Assembly: GCA_963695395.1 (NCBI GenBank)
Contig: CAVOGK010000031.1
Span: 31,637-95,636 of the forward strand
Direction of reading: 5' to 3'
DNA length: 64,000 bases
Source: an uncultured Thermoleophilia bacterium
GTDB taxonomy: Bacteria > Actinomycetota > Thermoleophilia > UBA2241
Position numbers and translations under genes: made by a program. The notes below the pieces were generated by a model. The model ran no database searches. It was not told the origin of the DNA and saw only the letters and a program-made list of their open reading frames with translations. Positions 9,901-19,468 of the stretch are shown here, one piece after another; the first letter of the stretch is position 1, and each line of letters starts with the position of its first letter.

Positions 9901-10307
9901 GGCGTCCCTCCCGCCGGTCGTGGCGCTGCGGTCTCTGAGATGCGCTGCGTCCAGACGGACCAGACGATCAGTGCCATGCATGCGATCTCCACGGCCGCGA
10001 AGAACACGTAGTGAAGAGTCAGCGACCCGCCGCCTACCACCCACGCGGTGGTGATCACCGCTGCCACGGTGTTCGCCCATAGATTTGCCTTGGGCTTCAG
10101 GATGCGAGACGCGAAGATCATCGCGATCGGGATCTCTATGAGTATCGCGAACACCAGCAGAAGCCCCGGAGTGATGTGTACGCCCGTTTGCCCGGACCAC
10201 ACGTCCTGCAGCGCTCCAGGCTTGATGAACGTCAGGATGTCCGCGAAGACCATGTTGAACATGACCACGACCCAGAGCGTCGAGAGTCTCGTCCCAATGT
10301 CGTTCAT
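9897..10307 (-). CDS. DUF6326-like membrane protein
   Basis: LSTLWVVVMFNMVFADI and EIPIAMIF; four hydrophobic segments. Confidence 0.7.
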   Translation of the reverse strand: MNDIGTRLSTLWVVVMFNMVFADILTFIKPGALQDVWSGQTGVHITPGLLLVFAILIEIPIAMIFASRILKPKANLWANTVAAVITTAWVVGGGSLTLHYVFFAAVEIACMALIVWSVWTQRISETAAPRPAGGTP

Positions 10308-10364
10308 CACATCATCCTCCTGATCGCGCGATTCACCCGCGCCATTGAGCACGGGGTTCTCACT

Positions 10365-10414
10365 ACTAACGCTGTTAGTCTCCGCTGTTCCCAGTCTGCA
10401 CTAACGGTGTTAGT
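10365..10414. promoter_or_regulatory. Paired TetR operators
   Basis: ACTAAC-GCT-GTTAGT (10365-10379) and ACTAAC-GGT-GTTAGT (10400-10414). Confidence 0.75.
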
Positions 10415-10469
10415 ATGTCAAGGAACGCGAGAGTCCGGGCGCGCGGCGCGGACAGTCGAAGCAGGAGCC

Positions 10470-11135
10470 ATGGTCGCTCACGCAACAGGCAGAAACGAAG
10501 CGCGAGACACGCTCAACCGGGAACGCGTAGTGCGCGCGGCGGTCGATCTCGCGGACGAGAGCGGGATCGAGTCGGTCACCATGCGTGAACTGGGCCGAAG
10601 GCTCGGCGTCGAGGCCGCGTCCCTCTACAACCATGTCGCCGGAAAGGAAGACCTCCTCGACGGCATGGCGGACCTCGTCGTGGCCGAGATCGACCTCCCG
10701 TCCCATGGGGTTGACTGGAAGGAGTCGATGCGGCGCCGGGCAGTCTCCGCGAGGGAAGTCTTCTCGCGTCATCGATGGGCCGCCGGCCTCATCGACTCAC
10801 GTGGACAGAGCGGGCCCGGTGGACTGTCCTATGTGGATCGAGTCCTGGGCGCCCTGCTTCAAGCCGGGTTCTCTCCACGAATCGCCGCGAACGCCTTTCT
10901 CGCCCTCGACAGCTACATCTACGGCTTCGAGCGACAGCGGTCCAGTCTCTCGTCGGGCGATGATGTGGACACCACCGAGGCGGCTCAAGAGGTCCTCGCT
11001 GCGATCCCGCAGGGCGCGTATCCTTCCCTCGCCTGCGTTGCGCTGGACTACGCTGCGAATCCCTATGATGACGGCGCAGCCTTCGATTTCGGACTCGATC
11101 TGATTCTCGATGCGCTTCAGCGCTTGCTGGAATAG
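10470..11135 (+). CDS. TetR family regulator with TetR C-terminal domain
   Basis: TMRELGRRLGVEAASLYNHV; FDFGLDLILD. Confidence 0.92.
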   Translation: MVAHATGRNEARDTLNRERVVRAAVDLADESGIESVTMRELGRRLGVEAASLYNHVAGKEDLLDGMADLVVAEIDLPSHGVDWKESMRRRAVSAREVFSRHRWAAGLIDSRGQSGPGGLSYVDRVLGALLQAGFSPRIAANAFLALDSYIYGFERQRSSLSSGDDVDTTEAAQEVLAAIPQGAYPSLACVALDYAANPYDDGAAFDFGLDLILDALQRLLE

Positions 11136-11180
11136 AGACGCGCTGCGCCGACGTCGAGGCCGATGCGTCGTGGGTCTCAC

Positions 11181-11939
11181 TCAGATAGCCGGCTCCTTCG
11201 GCGCCGGCGAGCTCAGCCCCTTGGCGATGAGCCATACCGCCAGGACGATCTCCGCCGCCGCCAGGGGGGCCATCAAGACGCCGAAGCCGTGGCCGAACAT
11301 GTCCAGCAGCGGTGCAGCCAGATAGCAGACCGCTCCGGCAAGACCCCAGATCGACAGCCATCGCGGGATGAGTCTCGACTGGTAGAAGAGGTAGTAGAAC
11401 ATCAGGGCGCCGAGGCTGAAGACGATGGAGGTGAAGTGCGCGGTGATCGAGCTCTGTGTCGTCAGGAGCAGCGCACTGAGGGTCTGGAAGTGCGGGGCGC
11501 CTGGAGACGCCGCCTCCGCATGCTCCCGGCTGAGCTCGAGGAGCAGCAGCCACGTGCCCGCGGTCGCCATGTAGCCGACCGTCTCGAGCGCGCCCCTGAA
11601 GACGACGGATCCAAGTGCCAGGACTTCGTTGTACTTCTTGAAGACCGGGAACATCACGACCGGGACCATCGCCAGCGCGAGGCCCATGACCAGCACGAGG
11701 AGCGCTCCCAGGACGAGCTGGTTCTGGCTTGCGGCGATCTGGGCGAGGGCGTCCGGACCTTCCAGGAGACCTCGCGTCACGACAAGGCTCAGCACGCCTG
11801 CGATGTCTCCGATGATGAACAGCACACCCACGAGGATCGCGGTCTTCCTGTGCCGCAGGTCGGCGCCGGCTGCCGGCGCGTGTTCGCCCGACGTCCTCCT
11901 CAGCCGGCGAGGCTCCTCTCCGGTGTTGACTGGTCCCAT
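11181..11939 (-). CDS. DUF4386 membrane protein
   Basis: FYQSRLIPRWLSIWG; AEIVLAVWLIAKG. Confidence 0.8.
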   Translation of the reverse strand: MGPVNTGEEPRRLRRTSGEHAPAAGADLRHRKTAILVGVLFIIGDIAGVLSLVVTRGLLEGPDALAQIAASQNQLVLGALLVLVMGLALAMVPVVMFPVFKKYNEVLALGSVVFRGALETVGYMATAGTWLLLLELSREHAEAASPGAPHFQTLSALLLTTQSSITAHFTSIVFSLGALMFYYLFYQSRLIPRWLSIWGLAGAVCYLAAPLLDMFGHGFGVLMAPLAAAEIVLAVWLIAKGLSSPAPKEPAI

Positions 11940-12211
11940 GGTCCCCTCCCACGTGTTGGCCCGCAGGGCGCCCCCGGGCGCTCGTCAGGCATGGTCGTCG
12001 TCATGGGAGAAGGCTATGTGGCTGCGCCGCCGCGGGCGTCGCCCTCGCGGGGTCAATCAGGCGGTGCGGCGGGGGCATCTTTCGCGGCCGTCGCACACCG
12101 CAAGGGGCGTGGCGGCCTACCCCTGAAGTGGACGGTAGCGTGCGCGCCGACGCTCGAAGACCCTTCGGCCAACGCCGGCGCCGGAGGGAGAGGGCGAGCG
12201 TAGAAGGTCGG

Positions 12212-12982
12212 TCACCCGTTCTGCGGCACGGGTGTCTTCGTCGAGCTGAGCGGGGTCGAGTTCGCGGCAACAGCAGCCGAGGTGGTCTCGCTGATGCTGG
12301 CCGCGTCAGCCGCTCGTGAAGGTGCGCGCAGCATGACGATGCCCAGCCACGCGAACCACACGATCTGCAGCAACCCAAATCCGTACGCCAGGTCGTTGAG
12401 TGCCGGCACGACTGAGAGGACACCCGCAACGCCGATCGCCACTCCGAGCCAGTTCAGGGTCTTGGGCAGCCCCCTGGTGCGCAGTGCAGCCACGCTCACC
12501 AGCAGGACCCACAGACCGCCGAGAAGCTCACCGCCGGATCCCCCGAGGCCTTGGGCCACCGGCTCGATCGCCTGCCAGGCCGCAACGGCCTGAACCGGGC
12601 TTGCGCCATGGAGTCCGACGACCGCCGCGACGCCGGCGTTGAAGATCATCCCGCTGGCGACGAGCACGACGGCCCAGATGAGTCCGACGACGGTCGCCGC
12701 CTGAGCCAAGATCGGGGCCTTGTCCCTCAGGCGCGCGTAGAGCGCCAGCGCCAGCACGGCCAGGACGATGCCGAAGATGACGTAGGTGATCAGATACATG
12801 ACCCGCATGCTGTCGTGGTTGCGCACCAGCAGGGCCACCTTCTCGACGGGGTCGACGACACTCGGGTACTTCACGAACACGAGGAAGTAGGGCATCGCCA
12901 CCACGTAGGCTGCAGCCAGGTAGAGTGCCGCGAGGCCCGCGATCTTGTGCTGCCGCACAGTTCCACCGACGGACGAATTCAT
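12212..12982 (-). CDS. DUF4386-like membrane protein
   Basis: Multi-TM; GGELLGGLWVLLVS, LQIVWFAWLG. Confidence 0.7.
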   Translation of the reverse strand: MNSSVGGTVRQHKIAGLAALYLAAAYVVAMPYFLVFVKYPSVVDPVEKVALLVRNHDSMRVMYLITYVIFGIVLAVLALALYARLRDKAPILAQAATVVGLIWAVVLVASGMIFNAGVAAVVGLHGASPVQAVAAWQAIEPVAQGLGGSGGELLGGLWVLLVSVAALRTRGLPKTLNWLGVAIGVAGVLSVVPALNDLAYGFGLLQIVWFAWLGIVMLRAPSRAADAASISETTSAAVAANSTPLSSTKTPVPQNG

Positions 12983-13041
12983 TCGAGTCTCCTCTCTCGT
13001 CAAGGCATGTCGCGCTTCTCGCCCAGACACGTATGCTGTAG

Positions 13042-13076
13042 ACTTACCGTGTAAGTATGATACTTACGTCGTAAGT
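13042..13076. promoter_or_regulatory. Paired TetR operators
   Basis: ACTTAC-CGT-GTAAGT (13042-13056) and ACTTAC-GTC-GTAAGT (13062-13076). Confidence 0.75.
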
Positions 13077-13096
13077 CTGTCAAGTCGATGTGGAGG

Positions 13097-13784
13097 ATGC
13101 CTGTGCCGACACGAGCCACGCCGAGTCCCGAGTCCCGAGTACCGCTCAGCAGGGAGCGGGTGCTGGGTGCGGCCGTCCTGCTTGCCGACGCGGACGGCCT
13201 CGAGTCACTCACGATGCGCGAGCTCGGACTGAGGCTCGGCGTCGAAGCGATGTCGCTCTACAACCACGTGGCCAACAAGGACGACATCCTCGACGGCATG
13301 GTCGATCTCGTCGTGAGCGAGATCGACCTTCCTTCGGACACGGTCGACTGGAAGGAGGCTATGCGCCGGAGGGCGATCTCGGCCCAGTCGGTCTTCTCTC
13401 GTCACCCGTGGGCGAGCAGTCTGATCGATTCACGCGAGAGCAGCGGACCTGCGCGGCTGCGCTACTTCGACTGGGTGTTGGGGACGCTCCGGCGAGCCGG
13501 GTTCACGCTCGAGATGACCGTTCGCGCGTTCTCGGTTGCTCGACAGCTACATCTACGGCTTCGGTCGACAGCAGCTCAACATGTCGGCCGGCGGCGACGT
13601 CACACCTGAGCAGACGACGGAGGCCTTCCTTCGCGCGATTCCCGCCGACGAGTACCCCTACCTCAGGGAGATGGTCGTCGACCATGCGATGACCTCCGGC
13701 TACGATGAAGGCGCTGATTTCGAGTTCGGGCTCGACCTCATCCTTGATGGACTCCAGAGGCTTCTGGATCGAGCCACGAGCTAG
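13097..13784 (+). CDS. TetR family regulator (frameshift near 13535)
   Basis: Paralog of 10470-11135 split over ORFs 13088-13609 and 13536-13784. Confidence 0.85.
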
Positions 13785-14029
13785 ATCCGTCGGTCGCGCG
13801 TATTCAGCTGACCGCTTGCCTCACGAGCGTGGTGATCTTCGCCTCTTCGGCGGCGGACCGCTCTGGAGCGCGCCGAGGAGTCCGGTGACTCACCGCATCC
13901 AGACTCCCGTGGCGGAACTGCTGTCCGACGAGGATACGGATTGTCCCTCGTGACGCCCGCACGAAGTGCCGACGTCACCCCTGTGGGTCATGGTGATGAA
14001 TGTCGTCCGCGTCAAGAGGAGGTCTGCCC

Positions 14030-14434
14030 ATGAGGAAGAGAATCGCTGCGCTGTGTCTCGTTGCAGTGCTGGCTGCGTTGGTGATCGTGCCCGTTGCCAT
14101 CAGCAGGGGGCATGCGAAGGGCAAGAACAAGTTCCAGCTCAATGGCGTCGTCGTGAGCGCCGACACCCCGGGAAGCATGGTCGTCAAGGTGAAGTCCGGC
14201 ACCAGGACGGTGAAGAGGTTCCGCGGCGAAGCACTGACCCTGGTTGTCTCGCCGGGAGCCAAGATGATCGATGCCACCGTCGATCCGCACGCTCCGGCCA
14301 CGCTCGACATGTTTATTGCCGGCGCGAAGGTGCATGTCGGCGGCACCATCGACCGCACCGATAAGGACAACCCCGTGTTCACCGCGACCAAGCTCATCCT
14401 GCAGAAGCTGCCGGCCCCGGTCGTCACTCCGTAG
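14030..14434 (+). CDS. Secreted hypothetical protein
   Basis: GAGGAGG RBS, signal peptide, beta-rich body, downstream terminator. Confidence 0.7.
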   Translation: MRKRIAALCLVAVLAALVIVPVAISRGHAKGKNKFQLNGVVVSADTPGSMVVKVKSGTRTVKRFRGEALTLVVSPGAKMIDATVDPHAPATLDMFIAGAKVHVGGTIDRTDKDNPVFTATKLILQKLPAPVVTP

Positions 14435-14470
14435 CGCGGCGCTCTCTTCGAGCTCACGCAAGCAGCCTTC

Positions 14471-14504
14471 AGGGGCGGGCGCTCACGCAGCGCTCGCCCC
14501 TTTC
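14471..14504 (+). terminator. Intrinsic terminator
   Basis: AGGGGCGGGCGCT / AGCGCTCGCCCCT hairpin followed by TTC. Confidence 0.65.
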
Positions 14505-14677
14505 GCTTGCTGTAGAGCGGGCGGGCGGGCGGACGCCGCCTGCTCCCCGCCCGCCGCCTGGCCTGCGTCGACCCTCCGCGGCTAGCCACCTCGACGCTGA
14601 CCCACCGAGCCTGGCGATCCTTCCGGACGTCGCAGGCGACCTCTCGCTCGAGAAGGAGGCGGAAGACCATCTCTCAC

Positions 14678-14717
14678 GCTTCCAGCAGCTCCTCCAACTG
14701 GTCGGCAACTTGCGGGA
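14678..14717 (+). repeat. Degenerate orphan att arm
   Basis: GCTTCCAGCAG..CCAACT..GCAACTTGCGGGA resembles 44197-44236. Confidence 0.5.
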
Positions 14718-14771
14718 GACGGGAGCCCACGACCTTCTGGGGGCGAGCCATCAGTGGCTCCTCGGCCGGCC

Positions 14772-14815
14772 TTCACAAGTCCAGCACAACCGATTCACAA
14801 GTCCTTCAGAGTCCT
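14772..14815 (+). promoter_or_regulatory. Four 11-bp-period repeats (TTCACAAGTCC consensus)
   Basis: TTCACAAGTCC/AGCACAACCGA/TTCACAAGTCC/TTCAGAGTCCT. Confidence 0.6.
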
Positions 14816-14885
14816 CGGGTACGCTTGAATCCAGGTGGTCGCCGAGTGAGTGGGCGGCCGAGACAAGATCGACGAGAGGAACGTG

Positions 14886-15338
14886 ATGAGAGGCAAAGTC
14901 CTTTGGATCACCGGGGCGGCCATCGTCCTCGTGCTCAGCGTGGCGTCCGTCGCCTTCGGGGCGACGCAGAACGGCTCGACGACCGCGCCGGCGCCGCAGG
15001 CGCGCGGCGCCGCGTGCGGCGCCCTGCTGGACGATCCGGCCGCGGCGGCTGAGCTGCAGGCGCTGCGCACCGAGCATCGGGCGGACATGCAGGCCTGGTT
15101 CGACAAGTACGGCGCCGATAGGAGCACGTCCGAGGCTCAGGACGCTCTGACGGAGCTGCGCACGGAGCACCAGAACGACATGCAGGCTTTGCTGACCAAG
15201 TACGGCATCGACGCCAGCCTGTGTACGGGCGGCGGCATGATGCGCGGACAGGGCGGCGGCATGATGGGCGGCGGCTACGGCGGCGGCTACGGCGGCGGCA
15301 TGGGCGGCAACGGCTGCGGCGTGGTGCAGACCAACTAG
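14886..15338 (+). CDS. Secreted helical protein with Gly/Met-rich tail
   Basis: Signal peptide, LRTEH..DMQA repeated twice, GGGMM tail; helical unit resembles the protein at 1319-2134. Confidence 0.75.
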   Translation: MRGKVLWITGAAIVLVLSVASVAFGATQNGSTTAPAPQARGAACGALLDDPAAAAELQALRTEHRADMQAWFDKYGADRSTSEAQDALTELRTEHQNDMQALLTKYGIDASLCTGGGMMRGQGGGMMGGGYGGGYGGGMGGNGCGVVQTN

Positions 15339-15459
15339 TCGGAGGCATTCAAGACAGCATGTGCACGATCGCGAGGCGGGCCGCCACGCGGCGGCCCGCC
15401 TCGCGCACGACAGCAGCGCCGCAAAGGCGCAGGCTTGGGCTGGCTGATGATCACGGAGC

Positions 15460-15737
15460 TCCTAGCGTTCGGTCGGCGCCTGGTGCCGAAGAGGGATGCC
15501 ACCCAGATGGCGCGGGCCTCGAGGATCGCGCGCGCGACCTGATCCTCCGTCGGCGTCGGCGGGGACAGCATGCCGTGCTCCTGGCCGACCGCCTCGAGGC
15601 TGCCGGCGGGGAAGAGACCGCAGGCGGCGTGCCTGCGGGGTGGGCGGCCTGCCGGCAGCCGCTCGAGCAGCAGAGGCGTGGCCGGCCCCTGCTATCTGTT
15701 GGAGGGGTGACCCGCACTCGAGGCAGATGGTCTCCAT
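15460..15737 (-). pseudogene. Degenerate copy of the backbone Zn-finger gene
   Basis: METICLECGSP, RPRLCCSSGCRQAAH and TEDQVARAILEARAI in different frames; compare 34463-34816. Confidence 0.8.
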
Positions 15738-16232
15738 GCCACAAGGGGAGCGACCCCGTCACCTGTTACGTTGCGCAGAGGTCGCCGCGTTTCGTTGCAG
15801 CAGTTGGCCTCGTACCGACACTCCAGTTTGGGCTTGCGCGCGCCGGGGACCTTGCGCGATGACATCGGGATCGTCCCTCTGGCACGAGCATGGGAAGTGG
15901 ACCGACGAATGGGCTCCGGTCATCGTGGCGCGCTCAAGACTCGTGCAGTCGGACATCTCGCTCTCGATGACGGAGTGCAGGTATCCCCACTGGAACGGTG
16001 GCTGGAAGGTCACGGCGGCGCCGGTGAAGGATGGCCGACCCGGAGTGGGGCTGACGGGAACGTGGACCATCGAGAACGCCGACGAGTGGAAGACGCTCGA
16101 ACTCGGCATTTGGGATCCGCCGAGTCCGTCCGGCTCCAGGATTGTCTTGGAGGATAGGACAGCGCGGACACAAGACGTCGACAGCGCGGAGACTCCCGGG
16201 TGACGTTGCGGCTGGGCTCTGCGTCTGGGGCC

Positions 16233-16288
16233 GCAGATCCACGCCGACCGGCACGGTAGTGTCGGGCCATGGACCCCGACCGCCTCAC
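16233..16288 (+). pseudogene. Integrase promoter and 5' remnant
   Basis: GCAGAT..GTAGTGTCGGGCCATGGACCCCGACCGCCTCAC matches 22984-23040 and 50858-50915. Confidence 0.8.
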
Positions 16289-16439
16289 TCCGGGAAGCGG
16301 ACCCTCTGCCTGCGCTGGGCGTCGAGCACGGGCGACTGGCTCAAGGCGGAGTCCGGGCTGGGACACGGGCACGCGATGGCCGTCTGGACCTTGTTCAAGG
16401 ACAACGGCTGGACGCACGCGCCGGCGAAGTAGAGCGCAC

Positions 16440-16489
16440 AAGGACGGGCCCGGCGGAGGCGCATGCGCCTCCGCCGGGCCCGTCCTTTT
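16440..16489. terminator. Hairpin terminator, probably bidirectional
   Basis: Long perfect inverted repeat AAGGACGGGCCCGGCGGAGGCGCA/TGCGCC..GTCCTT plus TT. Confidence 0.75.
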
Positions 16490-16500
16490 CGTGCGACCGG

Positions 16501-17196
16501 TCAGACCTGCGCGTCCGGCTCGCTGGCGGCCGGAGCGGCCAGTTCGGCCTGCGCGTCCGGCGCAGGGAGCGCCTGCGGCGCGGTCGGCGCGGTCGGCGCC
16601 GGCGGGTGCTCGATCAGGTCCCCGCGCCCGCCGGAGACGAAGTAGGCGGCGGCGATCAGGGCGATGGTGAAGGGCGTCGTGATGATCCCGATCCAGCCGT
16701 TGCCGACGGCGCCGACGGCGAAGACGATCACGATCAGCACCAGGTGCTCCCAGAAGCCGTTGTCGACGACCTGGTGGTAGCTGGCGGACATCGCGTCGGT
16801 CAGGCCCATCCTGCGGTCGACCATGAACGGGAACACGTACAGCCAGACGGTCGCGAGCAGCAGGCCGCCGACGATGGTCAGGGAGGCGAGCCCGATCAGG
16901 ACGACCAGCACGATCGCCGCCCAGAGGAAGCCCCAGAAGCGGTCCATGCAGGAGAACACGTCGCCGATCCGGGCCGGGCGCCCGTCGCGGATGCGGCCGA
17001 CCACCATGCTGTAGAGCCCCGCGGCGAGCGGACCGGCCAGGATGCCGATCGTGACGACGGAGAGGATGCAGGCGATGAGTGCGCCGACGACGAGCGCGAC
17101 GATGTCGGCGGTGAAGGCGTTCCAGGCGCCCTTGAAGGTGAGCCCGACGTCGAGACGGGGTCTTGCGAATGCGGGTGTGGTGGCGGACACGGTCAT
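16501..17196 (-). CDS. Integral membrane protein
   Basis: Multi-TM; GILAGPL.AG, IGDVFS, FPFMVDR pattern. Confidence 0.75.
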   Translation of the reverse strand: MTVSATTPAFARPRLDVGLTFKGAWNAFTADIVALVVGALIACILSVVTIGILAGPLAAGLYSMVVGRIRDGRPARIGDVFSCMDRFWGFLWAAIVLVVLIGLASLTIVGGLLLATVWLYVFPFMVDRRMGLTDAMSASYHQVVDNGFWEHLVLIVIVFAVGAVGNGWIGIITTPFTIALIAAAYFVSGGRGDLIEHPPAPTAPTAPQALPAPDAQAELAAPAASEPDAQV

Positions 17197-17374
17197 GATG
17201 GGTTCCTTTCCCCTTGTTGCGTTGCCTGAGGAGAGCCTACGGCCGCGCCGGCCGCCGGTCGTCACCCGGCGGGCTGAACCTGGGTCAACTATGGGAGGAA
17301 CCTCGACGCCGGCGGCCTGCCCCTGCGGGGGGACGCCGCCGGCGCCGGAGGGAGAGGGCGCCTCGATTCAGGCT

Positions 17375-17480
17375 CCGCCTCGAGCCGGGACGCGGCGAGT
17401 TGCTGGTGCGCAATGGCAAGGGTGGCCGCGATCGCGTCACCGCCTCGCGCCCGAGCACATGGCGGTAGAGGATGAGCAAG
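17375..17480. pseudogene. Scrambled integron-integrase (IntI)-like scrap
   Basis: Plus strand RGELLVRNGKGGRDRVT; minus strand LILYRHVLGRE; both resemble IntI segments. Confidence 0.5.
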
Positions 17481-17527
17481 ACTCAGAGAGTCGAGTCCCG
17501 TACTGTGGTGTAGGTCCTGCGCAGTCA

Positions 17528-17578
17528 GCCCGGGGGCGGGCGGGGTCGGCGCTCGCCGGACGGTCGCTTCGGGCCCCC
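17528..17578. repeat. 51-bp G-rich backbone motif, copy 1
   Basis: Aligns without gaps to 34920-34970 and 35840-35890. Confidence 0.75.
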
Positions 17579-17711
17579 TACCGGGCGAACGTCAGTTGGT
17601 ACTCATCGGCCGAGGTGTCGGCGGCAGCTGTTGCACCACAGACTCGAACTCAGACGGCCTCGGCACGAGGCCAAGATCGGCCGGCTACGAGCCCGGCTGA
17701 TGGAGCGCGTC

Positions 17712-18599
17712 CTACTCGTGAGATCGCCTGCCCACCGGGCAGCTCAGCTCGCACATCCTGCAGTACTTGACGCCATAGTGAGGTTCTCCCTCTCCCTTCG
17801 GCATTGCCATGATGACCTCTTCGAAGGCGTTCATCGTCGAAGCCAGCGCCTCGCCCTCTTCTTCGCTCGCAGCAATCGCCTTGGCGGCCTCCTCTACGTC
17901 CCGCGACATCTTGGTGTTGCAGGTCACGCGGTCATAGGTCCCGTTGATGCCCGGCAGAATCGACTGTCCCAGCTCAGAAGATGAGTAGGCGCCGTGGTCG
18001 AAAGCCTTCACGGGGCAGGCCTTGCGGCAAGGCTGGGGGCAGCCGTCGCAGGGGTCATAGTCGACTGGGCCGGTGGCTTTCGCGGTGCGGTCCATGAGCA
18101 GCGCCCGCCAACGGATGCGGGGGCCGTACTCCGGCGTGATCACCATGTTGTTCTTGCCGATGCATCCGAGGCCGGCCATGACGGCGGAGTCCTTCAAGAA
18201 GATCCCGGTGCTCTCGATGAAGTAGGGCGGCCGGTAGCTCTTGACCGAGAACGTCTCCTCGAGCCATGCCGAGAGCTCCGCGGTGATGCGAATGAGGATG
18301 CGGTTGCCGGGCGTACCCTTGCCGTCGTACCAGTCGAGCTCCGGCCGGTCGACAGGGTGCTCGACGCCGATCACCACGGCGGAGACCGCGTCGGCAGGCC
18401 ACTCGACCTCGTGCTGCAGTGCCGCTTCGGGCGCATCCTGCCAGCGCACTTTGGGGTCCATGCCGATTTTGGGATAGATGCGATGTGAAGGCGACTCCTT
18501 CAGGGGCTCGACGGCGGCGACCCCGGCGACGGAGGCGCCGAGCGCCTTGGCCTTCTCAACAATCCTGTCCGTCAGCGCCGACGGGGACGGCGTGCTCAT
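17712..18599 (-). CDS. Epoxyqueuosine-reductase-like (QueG/RdhA fold) 4Fe-4S protein
   Basis: AVMAGLGCIGKNNMVITPEYGPR; CDGC..PC..ACP and CRMCELSCP. Confidence 0.8.
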   Translation of the reverse strand: MSTPSPSALTDRIVEKAKALGASVAGVAAVEPLKESPSHRIYPKIGMDPKVRWQDAPEAALQHEVEWPADAVSAVVIGVEHPVDRPELDWYDGKGTPGNRILIRITAELSAWLEETFSVKSYRPPYFIESTGIFLKDSAVMAGLGCIGKNNMVITPEYGPRIRWRALLMDRTAKATGPVDYDPCDGCPQPCRKACPVKAFDHGAYSSSELGQSILPGINGTYDRVTCNTKMSRDVEEAAKAIAASEEEGEALASTMNAFEEVIMAMPKGEGEPHYGVKYCRMCELSCPVGRRSHE

Positions 18600-18742
18600 G
18601 TTCGCTCCTCTCACAGGCAAGACAACGGCACAGGGTAACGCCTCCATTCCATGCCGGTCAGTCCTGCCTTGGGATCAGAGGCCGAGCGACCCGGTCCGCA
18701 TCACCGGCCTTGACGTCGACCTGCAATCAGCCCGCCTCCTGA

Positions 18743-19468
18743 CTAGAGGTCGAGTACGTCAATGATCTCTCGGATATCGGCTACCGATCTCTGACCGACT
18801 TCCCGAAAGACCGATGAAGCGCCCTCACCGGCTGTGTCGATGCCTACGAAGTGCGCACCAACGTTCTGGGCGAACAGCATGTCGTTCTTGCCATCTCCGA
18901 CGATGAGCAGCTCGTTCGGCAGAATGCCGCACTGACTGCAGAATCTGTCCGCCAGAGACGTGTCCGGCTTCGGCCTCGAGTCTTCACCCGTACCGAGGTA
19001 GTCGAAGTACTCCAGGATCCCCGTCTTCTTCAGTCCTGCGACAGTTGCAGTGAGCGTATCTACGGTGGCGACGCCCAGTCTGTAGTCCTTCTTCCTCAGA
19101 TACCTGAGTGTCTCCAGCACGTTCGGCAGAGCAACATACGGAACGTCATCGCCGAGAGAGAGCCGCTCGATCAGCTCCAGCAGGTCGTTCGCGTCGAAGG
19201 GCTGCTGCCACCCACGTTCTTCAGCGTAGCTCCGGCAGGTGTCGAACAGAGCCTGCGCTATCTGCTGGTTGGTCGAGAACTGAATCAGGCTGTCAGGTGT
19301 GAGTCGATCGGGGAGATGTCCCAAGGCGTCGCTCAGCTGCTCCAGCAGCGGGTCAGGGACCTGGTAGTCGTCCTTCAGACAGGCAAGAAGAGTGCCGTAG
19401 ATGGAGTGCTGTGTCGAGTGGAACTCGAGCAGCGTCCCGTCCTTGTCGAAGAGGATGCCCTTGATCAT
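18743..19468 (-). CDS. HAD-family hydrolase
   Basis: ILFDKDGTL, KPD, VGDGKND. Confidence 0.9.
   Translation of the reverse strand: MIKGILFDKDGTLLEFHSTQHSIYGTLLACLKDDYQVPDPLLEQLSDALGHLPDRLTPDSLIQFSTNQQIAQALFDTCRSYAEERGWQQPFDANDLLELIERLSLGDDVPYVALPNVLETLRYLRKKDYRLGVATVDTLTATVAGLKKTGILEYFDYLGTGEDSRPKPDTSLADRFCSQCGILPNELLIVGDGKNDMLFAQNVGAHFVGIDTAGEGASSVFREVGQRSVADIREIIDVLDL

Noticed and set aside
15859-16203. Trp-rich ORF segment as a gene
   Set aside because: No clear RBS or family signal, and it lies among remnants.
17712-18599. Calling the Fe-S protein queG or a respiratory reductive dehalogenase
   Set aside because: No Tat signal or anchor gene is evident and the protein is short; only the shared fold motifs are supportable.
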